This document shows positions 10,035-19,051 of a DNA stretch of 57,777 bases, piece after piece. The notes beneath the pieces are model-generated. The model was given only the letters and a program-made list of their open reading frames with translations. It searched no databases and was not told where the DNA came from. The stretch is from a virus (lineage: Duplodnaviria; Caudoviricetes). Where the stretch lies: positions 1 through 57,777 of the IMG/VR virus record IMGVR_UViG_3300042901_001417. One strand, written 5' to 3'. How positions within the stretch are numbered: the stretch's first letter is position 1; every line of letters begins with the position of its first letter. A program made the translations under genes and the position numbers.

Positions 10035-11013
10035 AAGCAATACCAGACATCTGCAGAGCAGTCGTGAGTGCCTTCTGTGACATCTCACGTCCACTGCCCC
10101 ACCATGATTCACTCAGCCGGCGATCAGCAGAACGTCCTGCCTGCCAGCAGACATACTCGGTGACACCGTTGTAAGCGTGCCACCAGTTGCTGCCACGATT
10201 GCCCTTGCCATGTGTGGCGTTCTCGGTGATCGCAGCAACCTTGGACTTCTCAGCATTCGTCCACTTGTGGAACTCAGCAGGAGCATCCACAACGATCCGA
10301 GCAAACTCCCGCAGGTCAACCCGGCTGACCCCACGCTGTGCCAGCTGCCGGAACTGATCAGCCGTGAGATTGAACACCTCCTCGCCCTGCTGCATGGCTG
10401 ACCGCAGCGTCTCCAGATTCTTCTGCAGGCCACTGGTGTGCAGGCAGCGAATCAGTTTCGACTCACCACCATGAGCAGCAGCAGACAGCGTGTTGTGACA
10501 GACCACACGGATCGGAGTGAACCCGAACCGCACAGCGAAACTGCCATCGTGACCGTGGGCCAAGAGCATGTATTTGGCAACCGTGTCGTTCGTGTCGATC
10601 ACGGTGTCCTTTCCAAATTTCCCCAGCATCCAGACGCGGCGACCGTTGAACAAACTGCCGCAGGTCTCGATCTGCAGCGTCTTGTCACGCACCAGCGGTT
10701 CGAACAGGTCGCTCATCTGGGTGTTCTGGAACGGCGTGTAGTCCGGTCCCACGACACCCAGAACGTCACCAGTGTCATCCCGGACAATCGCACCGTGATT
10801 GCCGTTCTTGACACGGGTAGCCTCGTCCGTCTGCTTCACCAGTCTGCCATCAGCCAGGAACATCGGCTGCTTTGTCACGGACCAGTTCAGCCCGGACAAC
10901 TGTAGTGCCTCACGTGCCGAGGCAGGCGGTTCTGACAGTGTCGTGCCCAGACCGTGCCACGGCGTCTGACCCACTGCGATCATGTTGTCTTTGGAAAACA
11001 AATTGTGTGCCAT
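10033..11013 (-). CDS. DUF932 / TIGR03299-type phage/plasmid protein
   Basis: MAHN..PWHGLG..LNWSV..GSLFNGRRVW..HDGS..TPIRVVCHNTL. Confidence 0.88.
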   Translation of the reverse strand: MAHNLFSKDNMIAVGQTPWHGLGTTLSEPPASAREALQLSGLNWSVTKQPMFLADGRLVKQTDEATRVKNGNHGAIVRDDTGDVLGVVGPDYTPFQNTQMSDLFEPLVRDKTLQIETCGSLFNGRRVWMLGKFGKDTVIDTNDTVAKYMLLAHGHDGSFAVRFGFTPIRVVCHNTLSAAAHGGESKLIRCLHTSGLQKNLETLRSAMQQGEEVFNLTADQFRQLAQRGVSRVDLREFARIVVDAPAEFHKWTNAEKSKVAAITENATHGKGNRGSNWWHAYNGVTEYVCWQAGRSADRRLSESWWGSGREMSQKALTTALQMSGIA

Positions 11014-11040
11014 CGTGCAAACCCCTCACATGAAACAGGA

Positions 11041-11110
11041 ACAGGCTCATCAGTGCAGGCACAGTACCTGCATACACTCCGGGTTCCCAATCCGAAGTGT
11101 TTCGCCTTGT
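11041..11110 (-). ncRNA. Hammerhead ribozyme, type II
   Basis: Minus strand: ACAAGGC-GAAA-CACTTCGG(loop)CCGGAGTG-TA-TGCAGGTA(CTG)TGCCTGCA-CTGATGA-GCCTGT. Confidence 0.92.
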
Positions 11111-11127
11111 TGTGTGGACGCTACACG

Positions 11128-11712
11128 TTATTGGTTATCGAACACGTGCAGACCATGATCACCCCAACTCGACCAAACGTCCCCGCTCGACTGCAGGTCG
11201 TTTGCCATTCGCTCCCAGTCCACGTAATTGATCGGTGACCACCAGTTCTTGTCGTCACGCTGATACTCGCCGCACTCCTCCCAGTAATTCTCCACGTAAT
11301 CGGCAAGCGTGTCCCAACAGCCACGATACTGCTCACGGAACTTGTCGGTCGCGTCGTCCCAGTCAATGTCATCGCTGTTCTGATTGGCAACCCACCGCTC
11401 GAATGCCTCGGTCTCAGACTCGCTCAGATCAGCAATCGCGTCGGTGTACGCTGCCAGTGCGTCGATATCTTCGTGCTCACTGGGTCGCCACTGGCCAAAG
11501 CCCTCGAAATCATGGATCGCCCATTCTTCGGCTGAGGGAACCATCTCGCCAGTATCCGGATCTTCCACTTCCACGTTCGGGTACATCGACTTACGCAGCA
11601 TTGCCGCGATGTCGCTACGAATTGCATCTGCGTCCTGCTCGCAGTCGATCCACTCACCATGCAGGACACCAGAGTTGTACGAGGCCAAGCAGGCCACATA
11701 AATACGAGGCAT
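11128..11712 (-). CDS. ardA: Antirestriction protein ArdA (DNA mimic)
   Basis: PRIYVACLASYNSGVLHGEWID..EEWAIHDFEGF..YVDWERMANDL; very acidic; start at ATG 11712. Confidence 0.92.
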   Translation of the reverse strand: MPRIYVACLASYNSGVLHGEWIDCEQDADAIRSDIAAMLRKSMYPNVEVEDPDTGEMVPSAEEWAIHDFEGFGQWRPSEHEDIDALAAYTDAIADLSESETEAFERWVANQNSDDIDWDDATDKFREQYRGCWDTLADYVENYWEECGEYQRDDKNWWSPINYVDWERMANDLQSSGDVWSSWGDHGLHVFDNQ

Positions 11713-11757
11713 GAGTAAACCTTTCTGAGAGTTTTGAAAAACCGGACTGAACACTCC

Positions 11758-11787
11758 ACTATAAAGGAATCACCCGATCGCAGGATT
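11758..11787 (-). promoter_or_regulatory. Repeated early promoter-like element, copy 1
   Basis: Minus AATCCTGCGATCGGGTGATTCC-nn-TATAGT; 21/22 identical to the copy at 14573..14594. Confidence 0.6.
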
Positions 11788-11802
11788 ACGCAGGTGTGAA
11801 GT

Positions 11803-11876
11803 GCATTCCGACTTGGGACGGATGGCCCACATTGAGCCAGTGCATTACAGCCCGAAGGCTGCCCTCTGCATTACGC
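11803..11876 (-). ncRNA. Twister ribozyme, P5-type permutation
   Basis: Minus strand: GCA-GAGGG-CAGCC(TTCG)GGCTG-TAA-TGC-AC-TGGCTC(AATGT)GGGCCA-TCCG-TCCC-AA-GT-CGGA. P1-P4 present, pseudoknots CCC/GGG and AC/GT, P5 GCGT/ATGC. Confidence 0.88.
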
Positions 11877-12662
11877 TGTCTGAAGTTCCTGTGTGCGTTC
11901 ATGCTGCCGTCGCTGCTCCTGAGCATTGTGCCGTGCCCTTCGCATCGTATGCACCGCCTGCTTAAAGTCAGTGATACGGTCGTAGTGGTCCAGAAAGCAG
12001 CAGATTTCGTAGCGGGTCAGTCCCTTAAAGCAATCGCATGCCTGTAGAAACTTAGCAGCGTCAGACCGTGCCATGTCAGGATCGTCCACACGGGCAATGG
12101 CCTGAACAGTCGCCACCCACTGGATCACCCCGAATGGCTTGTGATGGTCACCCATGTGAAGGAATCGCAACACACGGTCGACTGCGGAATCCTTGTCGTC
12201 GCTGTATGGACGCTCAATCTTGTGCCATCGCTTGTCGTGTCGCTTTGATTCACTGTGCGATTTCTTGCCACCGTCCTCGAATGTGAAGTATGTGTCTTTG
12301 TTGTCCACGTACTTCAGGGTCAGCAGGAAGGCGATCAGCTTATCGCTCGCCTCCGAATGTGCTCGCCAGAACCAGCGAATAGGCTCTGTGCCAGACTCCT
12401 CACCGTCAACCGACACAGGAACGCGATCCAGAGACGCTGCCAAACTGGCCACAACATCCACCAGATCCTCAGCCTGCACGAGACAGTCCGGAGAATGCTG
12501 CACTTCACCATCACCCATCGTGTCATACTGGCTCAGATGACTGCTGATACACCCGGTCATCCGTCGCCAATCGTAGGCAGGGTTGTCGCCATCACTTTCG
12601 TACAGGCGATACCTCCACGATGGACGTGCCAGGGACGGGAATACGAATGTCGACTTGCTCAT
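11871..12662 (-). CDS. Hypothetical early protein
   Basis: Long ORF; start MSKSTF after AAAGGA. Confidence 0.65.
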   Translation of the reverse strand: MSKSTFVFPSLARPSWRYRLYESDGDNPAYDWRRMTGCISSHLSQYDTMGDGEVQHSPDCLVQAEDLVDVVASLAASLDRVPVSVDGEESGTEPIRWFWRAHSEASDKLIAFLLTLKYVDNKDTYFTFEDGGKKSHSESKRHDKRWHKIERPYSDDKDSAVDRVLRFLHMGDHHKPFGVIQWVATVQAIARVDDPDMARSDAAKFLQACDCFKGLTRYEICCFLDHYDRITDFKQAVHTMRRARHNAQEQRRQHERTQELQTA

Positions 12663-12757
12663 AGCAACGATCCTTTTGAACGGGTAACACAAGATCCCAC
12701 CCGCAACCACTGCAGGTGAGCACGAACAGAACAGCGATCCTTCGCATGGGGAAATCC

Positions 12758-13117
12758 TCAGTCGATGTTGTGCTGAGACAGCGCTAATTCGATGTTGCGG
12801 ACAGCAACTTCTATGTGTCCGAATGTATTCAACTGGCTTTCGGTGTTCAGGAGTGCTTTCAACACCAGTCGCACAGCGTGCAACTCAGCAAGATCACCAT
12901 CCAGATGGTCCCACTTCATGCGGTCAATCATCATGTGACGTTCCGCTGTGCAGTCGGACGAACACTGGTATTCATGCAGTGCGTCCATGATCAGCTGCCG
13001 GTAGTCCAGATATCGCTCAGAGCACAGATCCTCACGCACCAGCCATGTCAGCGTCAGTTCGCGTCGATCAGGCTCAGGAGCCAGCCCCTTGCCCAGCGAC
13101 TTTTGTTTCAGGCTCAT
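12758..13117 (-). CDS. Hypothetical early protein
   Basis: Start MSLKQK after GGAGG. Confidence 0.6.
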   Translation of the reverse strand: MSLKQKSLGKGLAPEPDRRELTLTWLVREDLCSERYLDYRQLIMDALHEYQCSSDCTAERHMMIDRMKWDHLDGDLAELHAVRLVLKALLNTESQLNTFGHIEVAVRNIELALSQHNID

Positions 13118-13130
13118 TTGGTAACCTCCA

Positions 13131-13174
13131 CAGGCGGAATTGCCTGAATGAACCTCAGCCGGTCTCTGAGGCTC
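13131..13174 (-). ncRNA. Two-hairpin motif (AGAYCGG / AATTYC loops), copy A
   Basis: GAGCCTCAG(AGACCGG)CTGAGGTTC-ATT-CAGGC(AATTCC)GCCTG. Confidence 0.6.
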
Positions 13175-13205
13175 GATTCGGACCATTCACGTGCAGGTGT
13201 AATGT

Positions 13206-13583
13206 TTAGGCTGGGGCCACTTCCGTGACATGATCACGAAGGAAGTGGTTGGTGCGACAATGCTTCAGCACCCGTGCCCATTTGCCTTCGCTGGTGTAAT
13301 CACGCTGTTCCCATGACAGGAATGCTTTGGCCGCCTGAATGGCGAGTGGCACTTTATGTGCCGGAAATGCGTCAGGAAACGCGATTACCACAGCACAGGC
13401 ATCGCAGTCTTCCTCGTACCAGCGACCACCAGCGAACGTGTGGAAGCGGAATTTAGACTGAAGTGCGGCATGTCGCTCAGGTGACAGTTCAATGCCACCA
13501 TGACTGGCTGTGTGATGGCTGAGAATGCCATCTGCGATCTCATACGTGCTGTCTGCAATACCCCAAGGTGTCTGGTGTTTCAT
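13206..13583 (-). CDS. DUF7007-like protein
   Basis: TPWG..IADGI..TASHGG..LS..R..WYEEDC motif set. Confidence 0.7.
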   Translation of the reverse strand: MKHQTPWGIADSTYEIADGILSHHTASHGGIELSPERHAALQSKFRFHTFAGGRWYEEDCDACAVVIAFPDAFPAHKVPLAIQAAKAFLSWEQRDYTSEGKWARVLKHCRTNHFLRDHVTEVAPA

Positions 13584-13596
13584 ACAATGCACTCCC

Positions 13597-13639
13597 CGAG
13601 CGAAATTGCTCGTATGACCCCCTGCCGATCTCAGGGAGT
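13597..13639 (-). ncRNA. Two-hairpin motif, copy B
   Basis: GACTCCCTG(AGATCGG)CAGGGGTC-ATA-CGAGC(AATTTC)GCTCG. Confidence 0.6.
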
Positions 13640-13671
13640 CTAACCAGCAATTGCAGCACCCCCGCTACACG

Positions 13672-13929
13672 TCAGAAGTCAGTTTCGCCTTCCAGTGCGT
13701 CTTCATCCCACTCCAGCAGGTCCAGCTCGTCATCGTCGTCAATGAACAGCGGTTCGGACCAATCAAGCGAGCAATCGTCTGCCATGCTGTCGTCAGCCAG
13801 CCACGGAAACAGTGCGTCTTCCTGCTGGCGCTGCTCGTCATCGAACACATCGTGTGCAAGCTCTTTCGCTCCCATGTCGAAATCCTCATCGTACAGGTAA
13901 GGGTGTTGGTCGAAATGACTCCCGGACAT
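13672..13929 (-). CDS. Extremely acidic small protein (candidate DNA mimic)
   Basis: 31 D/E against 2 K/R in 85 aa; GGAG upstream. Confidence 0.65.
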   Translation of the reverse strand: MSGSHFDQHPYLYDEDFDMGAKELAHDVFDDEQRQQEDALFPWLADDSMADDCSLDWSEPLFIDDDDELDLLEWDEDALEGETDF

Positions 13930-13946
13930 GTTGCTCAGTCTCCATT

Positions 13947-14147
13947 TCAGGCGTTGTACCCAGCGTGTTTTGTGGCCGGAACAGCCGGACCCAGAATACG
14001 CCAGTGTGAAGGGTCGTGATCCATACCAGATGCCTGCAGGACACGAAGGCGAGCAGCCTCAGCATCCGCACAGGTCTTGTGACAACTGTAAATGTGCCAG
14101 TTCCATGACGCGGAAGGCGTCGGTGACCATTCAAGTGACCAGTCCAT
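13947..14147 (-). CDS. Small hypothetical protein (frame uncertain)
   Basis: Fills the gap in the operon; an alternative frame is 13886..14134. Confidence 0.35.
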   Translation of the reverse strand: MDWSLEWSPTPSASWNWHIYSCHKTCADAEAARLRVLQASGMDHDPSHWRILGPAVPATKHAGYNA

Positions 14148-14511
14148 GCTGCATGACCCCCAGAATGCCCATCAGGACGCTCGCATCCGTCAGGTAGTGA
14201 ATTGTTGCCCCCAGACCACGATAGTGATCCACGTACTCGTCAATCGAGTAGTAATCGTACGGCTTGTCATGCGGGCCAAGAATGCTCGTGTCCCGGCAGT
14301 ATCGCGGCGGGAATCGGTACGTCTCAGCCGTTCGCATGTCAATCACAGGAATGCCTGACCCCACGTACTGTTCGAGCAGAGCACCGATGTCGTACCCCGT
14401 GTGCGATCCAGACGATGAACCACCATTGCCCGTGTCGTGAACCCGAAATGTCACTGTCGCCTGACCCCCGAGTATGGGAATCGTGGCGTATGCAGGAATC
14501 AGTTTTCGCAT
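14131..14511 (-). CDS. Hypothetical early protein
   Basis: 126-aa ORF after GAGGGAG and the repeated promoter. Confidence 0.6.
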   Translation of the reverse strand: MRKLIPAYATIPILGGQATVTFRVHDTGNGGSSSGSHTGYDIGALLEQYVGSGIPVIDMRTAETYRFPPRYCRDTSILGPHDKPYDYYSIDEYVDHYRGLGATIHYLTDASVLMGILGVMQHGLVT

Positions 14512-14564
14512 GATTGTTGCTCCCTCAGAAAAAACTCGGTGAAAAACTCAAAACTGTCTGCCCC

Positions 14565-14594
14565 AATATATTGGAATCGCCCGATCGCAGGATT
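14565..14594 (-). promoter_or_regulatory. Repeated early promoter-like element, copy 2
   Basis: Minus AATCCTGCGATCGGGCGATTCC-nn-TATATT. Confidence 0.6.
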
Positions 14595-14595
14595 G

Positions 14596-14826
14596 TCAGC
14601 TGTTCAGATCGTGCACGATGCCCAGCCACATCCCAATGGACCGCACCATCACGCAGAATGAGGTTCTCCCCACTTCCACACCCGATGGCAGGAAGCCGCC
14701 GTGCTGCACCCATGACGTGATTGAATCCACCAATTCCTGCGCCCGCTCCACGTCCGAAACAGGCATCAGCCCCTCATCACCCGAAATCAGGTACATGAGT
14801 TCCTTCCAAGCCGCATTAACGTCCAC
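14596..14826 (-). CDS. Small conserved phage protein (MDxNA...W..GGFLP)
   Basis: GAGGAG RBS, GTG start, WVQHGGFLP motif. Confidence 0.65.
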   Translation of the reverse strand: MDVNAAWKELMYLISGDEGLMPVSDVERAQELVDSITSWVQHGGFLPSGVEVGRTSFCVMVRSIGMWLGIVHDLNS

Positions 14827-15304
14827 GGTGTATGCTCCTCAATCATGTGTGAAGTGACCAGAACCACTATCGCATCGTGTGATCGCACAGGATGCCCTCA
14901 GAATCGATTGCGTGCGTTTGGATGACAAATCCATCGCACAGGATGTTCAGGCCGTCAAATCGCCTGTAATGCGTTCGCTACATGTTCGCGCCTTCTTTAC
15001 TGAGCATTAAAGCCCAGCCCCTCGCAAACGCGAGCGGTGCCCGGAGTCTGCCGAGCCCCGCCCGTGATTGTGCTCCGGACTGCATGGACTGCAGCGCGGC
15101 GCATATATGGTGCCGACACGCTGCAGATCAGTCTGAGACCGGAAAACACTGAGATTCCGTCGACTATGCTGGAAACGCGGGATCGTGGGAATGAGGACCG
15201 GGCCAATGGCGAGCACTGCCCGGATTATGGGGACTTACCCGCACTACGGCAGATTCCTGGCAAATAGTCGCGGGTCGATCCGAAGAAAATAACGTATACA
15301 GTGG

Positions 15305-15331
15305 TTGACAGTGTAGTGATGGTGCTACACT
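15305..15331 (+). promoter_or_regulatory. Sigma70-like promoter overlapped by a TGTAG-N8-CTACA operator
   Basis: TTGACA plus extended -10 TGcTACACT (15-nt spacer); inverted repeat AGTGTAG-N8-CTACACT. Confidence 0.6.
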
Positions 15332-15370
15332 TCAGAAGGTCACTAAAAATCCTCATTCAAGGTTAAGACA

Positions 15371-15934
15371 ATGAACGAAGTAGACTGGCTGAAAATCAGA
15401 GCGACGATCCGGAGACACTGCAGAGCGGCAGCAGGACACGAGGTCAAAGGATTGCGGCGGATCACTGCGGCGCGAATCGAGGAAAACGATATCGACGATG
15501 TCTGCCAGGAATGCTGCGGCCTGGCATGGTTGAAAATCGAAAACGGAATGGCGGTCCCGCTCGCGATATGGGTGGCGGTTCGGTCCATTGGACGTATCAA
15601 TCGAGAACTGGCAGAAGGCGCACAGTGTGAATCGTTTCGCTGGGAGGAACCGGACATGCGGTCTTCTCAATGGTATATCGAACAGCGCGGCCGGTTCGAT
15701 ATCCAAGACGCCAACGGCGAAACGCAGTACACCCCGGAACATCCACGACCGGACCACATCCGCGCTGCTGTCGGCCTGGCAATTGTCGACGGCAGACCGA
15801 TGGCAGTAACTGCAGAACGGATCGTGAACGGTGAACGTGAAATTGAGGAGCGGCGCACCTTTGAGTGCTTCACGGCAGCGCAGCGCGTCAAGCGCAGTAT
15901 GCTCGACCGCTCGCGACCTGTGGTTTTCTGCTGA
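15371..15934 (+). CDS. Hypothetical protein
   Basis: 187-aa ORF downstream of the promoter. Confidence 0.55.
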   Translation: MNEVDWLKIRATIRRHCRAAAGHEVKGLRRITAARIEENDIDDVCQECCGLAWLKIENGMAVPLAIWVAVRSIGRINRELAEGAQCESFRWEEPDMRSSQWYIEQRGRFDIQDANGETQYTPEHPRPDHIRAAVGLAIVDGRPMAVTAERIVNGEREIEERRTFECFTAAQRVKRSMLDRSRPVVFC

Positions 15935-15946
15935 GATTCCGAGACA

Positions 15947-15991
15947 CTGCATATTCAGACCGGGGATATGCAGACTCCCGCAATTTCGCGG
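15947..15991 (+). ncRNA. Two-hairpin motif, copy C
   Basis: CTGCATATTC(AGACCGG)GGATATGCAG-ACTC-CCGC(AATTTC)GCGG. Confidence 0.6.
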
Positions 15992-16021
15992 TAATTATCA
16001 CTCTGAGAAAGGTTAAGAACA

Positions 16022-16468
16022 ATGGCCCTCGCACACACGAAAACAGCATCCGGAGAGAAAGCACCACCGAAATGGACCGCTCGCCCGGAACAATCCATCA
16101 TGCTGGTGGATTCCGGAGCGCAGACCGGACCCGTCTACAGTATGTCGAAAACCGCAGCAGACCAGATCGAGCAGCTGCGGAAAACATCGCTTCCCGCAGA
16201 CATGGTTGCGGGAATGATTCAGAACATTACTGCAGGTGATCGCGCAGCATGGGATGCCGCGCACCCCGCACCAAAACGAAAAACACCACCCGTGGTTTTC
16301 ACGCCGTACGATCCTATTCCGGGCGCTGGTGTGAACAATACCACCGCGCCAATGTCCTGGAAATTGTCAGGCAATGGTCAAGTCTGGGCGAATGAGGAAC
16401 AGTGGTTGCTGATTTGCGACCATGCCGCACGGATCAAGTCTGCCATCATCAAACGCCGAGACTCCTGA
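16022..16468 (+). CDS. Hypothetical protein
   Basis: 148-aa ORF with GAAAGG RBS. Confidence 0.6.
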   Translation: MALAHTKTASGEKAPPKWTARPEQSIMLVDSGAQTGPVYSMSKTAADQIEQLRKTSLPADMVAGMIQNITAGDRAAWDAAHPAPKRKTPPVVFTPYDPIPGAGVNNTTAPMSWKLSGNGQVWANEEQWLLICDHAARIKSAIIKRRDS

Positions 16469-17846
16469 GAAAGGAGAGACCGTGAAAATCTGGCCCTGGG
16501 ACTGACAGAATAGATTGACGATATTCAGCGTATTACCTGGGACACAATCCCGCGTAATACGCTTTTTTTACGCGCCCACAGAACCGCCCGGCACCGACAC
16601 CGACCGCAGGAGCGACAATCCCGCAGCGATGCTGAGAACCGCAGACTGCAGGTCACTGAGCACAGCACAGCAATCACCAGCTTCCCCTCTAAGATCCCCC
16701 AAAGCACCGCTCGACAGCATCCAGAGCACAGCACAGCACTGCAGAACCGACAGCACCAGAGGTCAGAAACAGAGGGTATTAAAAGAGGATAAATTCATCC
16801 GATTTAGACGTAACTCCTTACACAGCAAGGACTTAGGCTAGCGCCGCAGCGCATCGTCAGGCGTCCGTAGGGTGTTGCGCCGAAATGACAGCCTCTGTGG
16901 TCACAGCATCCGAGCACATCCACAGCACCACTCCCGATGGCTCATTATCGCCGCAAGTCTTTACAGATTCACACGTTACGCCGACCGGGCGGGGGCTTTG
17001 CCCTTCGCGCCGTCATCCTCTACTTACCTCCATCCCCGAATTTTTCCACATTCCACGACTTCGGCCACAGTGGTCCAGCATACACGGTGGACGTTGGGCT
17101 GTGTACTCGGCGGTGGTTCGTGGTTGCGCTTGTGGCAGTGCTGTTGGTCGGGTGCGTATCCGTGGGCGACCGTGGGCTTCCAGTGCTGGGCGAGTCGTTG
17201 TGGTCGGGAGGACATGAGGTCGCGGGTTTCGTCGGACCTGTATGGCGAGTCGTTTGTCGCGACCGGGGGATGTTGCGCTTGGTGGTGGGGGCCGGGTTGC
17301 GCTTGCGGTAGCTGCACCCCCCCTACCCCCCCGGAGTGTGCACAAGGGGGGGATTTAACTGATTGACGTGCGGGCCGCGTGGTGGTGCTCTCGAAAGCCT
17401 GACCTACCACTTATGTCTCCCGCTCGGGTCCTCACCAGTTCGTGCCTCGGCACATGCAGTATGGTGAGTCGCACTGTTCGCTGGATCTTCTCGTGTGATG
17501 GCACGGGCAGCTGGTGTCAGGGGTTGAGTGCTTGATTATGGGCAGGTTCTCAGGGTGTTACCTGTTTTGGGCCTCCAGAACATGGGCATGGTATAGCAAC
17601 CACTCTGGCAGGTCGTCAAGAGATTTCCTTTGTAGTGGACTGATTACAGTGGTCGGCGGTCGGGTCGGGTTTCTTCTCACTCTCTCAGACTCAGTGTTTT
17701 ATAAGGTCGGACAGAAAAATCAGCCAATCTGGAAACTACTCGGCCACAGTGGCCTTGACCATAGTGGTCACTCGGATAGAGTGCTCACGTGTAGTGAAGG
17801 CACTACAGGCGGCGTTTTTTGGATCTGTTTTCAAGGGGTGTGGGTT

Positions 17847-18179
17847 ATGGGGCTTCAGGATATTCTGGACAGTATGGCTGGTGTGCGAGAACAGAGGACT
17901 GCGTACGTGGGGACCAATGCCACGATCAGTATGGAGCAGCTGGCTGAGCCGGCTACTGTGGGTGACTCACTCGAGTCTGGTCTGTATTTCGATTCTTCGT
18001 TGCTCTTCTCCATCAGGGATGGGGCGTCTGTGGCTCGGATTAAACTGGATACTGAGGATCTGGAGGAAATCATTCAGTCGCTTCTGAAAATGCAGAGTTT
18101 AATGAAAGCCACTCAGGCTGCTCTGGATGAGAAGTTCCCCCGTCCGGTAGCAGACGATACGGAAGAGGATGCCGAGTAG
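17847..18179 (+). CDS. Hypothetical protein
   Basis: Start MGLQDIL after AAGGGG; coupled to the next gene. Confidence 0.55.
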   Translation: MGLQDILDSMAGVREQRTAYVGTNATISMEQLAEPATVGDSLESGLYFDSSLLFSIRDGASVARIKLDTEDLEEIIQSLLKMQSLMKATQAALDEKFPRPVADDTEEDAE

Positions 18180-18418
18180 TGGCTGAGGAAAGTCAGAATC
18201 GATACCAGAGCCTGCGCCGGCTGATGGATCTGGATAAGGCGCTGTACCAGAAGCGACTGACGATTGCTGAGGCTGGTGAGGCTGTGGGTGCGTCTGCACG
18301 GACTGTCGGTCGGGATATGGAAGCGCTCAGTGATGCGGGCGCCCATATCCGGACGGACGGGTATTCATGGTGGTCTGAACGTGTGGCGTTTGTGGCCAAT
18401 CTGGGAATCGATGAATGA
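18179..18418 (+). CDS. HTH_11/DeoR-like HTH protein
   Basis: LTIAEAGEAVGASARTVGRDMEALSDAG. Confidence 0.7.
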   Translation: MAEESQNRYQSLRRLMDLDKALYQKRLTIAEAGEAVGASARTVGRDMEALSDAGAHIRTDGYSWWSERVAFVANLGIDE

Positions 18419-18744
18419 AACTCTACGTCTGCGGGCCAATGTCCAACTTGCCTGAAAAGAATTTTCCGGCCTTCAATAAGGCTGCGGAACAGCTACGGGC
18501 GATCGGATTCGAGGTGGTCAATCCGGTGGATCTGAACCCGGATCCGGATGCTTCATGGCAGGAGTGCATGAAGGTGGATATCCGTGAGATGCTGCTGTGC
18601 GATGGTCTGGCATGGCTGCCGGGCACGCGATATTCAAACGGTGCCACGATTGAGCGGGAGCTCGCTCGGACTCTGGGCCTGGAGTGCCTTCCATTACAGG
18701 CATGGCTGTTCAGGAAGGGGCTGCACAGGGAGGTGGGATCATGA
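18415..18744 (+). CDS. DUF4406 (nucleoside deoxyribosyltransferase-like) protein
   Basis: KLYVCGPMS..NFPAF..VVNP..SNGATIE. Confidence 0.85.
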   Translation: MKLYVCGPMSNLPEKNFPAFNKAAEQLRAIGFEVVNPVDLNPDPDASWQECMKVDIREMLLCDGLAWLPGTRYSNGATIERELARTLGLECLPLQAWLFRKGLHREVGS

Positions 18745-18944
18745 GTACGAAGACTCAGAAGGAAACGCTGGCTGCACGGTTTAATCAACTGGACCGGGTG
18801 GCTCTGACTCAGGACGTGCAGTTTGTGAAGTCCGGGAGCATGGGTACGGTCGTGAGATCGTCGTTTGCTCATGGTCGGTGGTGGGTGGAACTGGACGTGC
18901 TTCCGGGTGTGTTGATACCGGAGTCCAGTTGTGTCCGAGCGTAA
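18741..18944 (+). CDS. Small hypothetical protein
   Basis: ATGA overlap and GGAGG RBS. Confidence 0.55.
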   Translation: MSTKTQKETLAARFNQLDRVALTQDVQFVKSGSMGTVVRSSFAHGRWWVELDVLPGVLIPESSCVRA

Positions 18945-19051
18945 GCCGGCAGGCAGCGCGTGGGCGGACTATTTGTACGAGGTGATCATGGTGGTCGTGA
19001 TCATCATGTGTTCTCTTCTGGTGGTTGGGTGTCGGTAAGGAGGTAATTGCT

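Noticed and set aside
12680-12757. Twister-sister or pistol ribozyme
   Set aside because: GCTCA is present, but the TGCAAG loop and the other core elements could not be placed.
16515-17846. Overlapping ORFs in the 16.5-17.8 kb region, including the 5' extension of 17514..18179
   Set aside because: No RBS or motifs, low-complexity translations, and operators inside; treated as non-coding.
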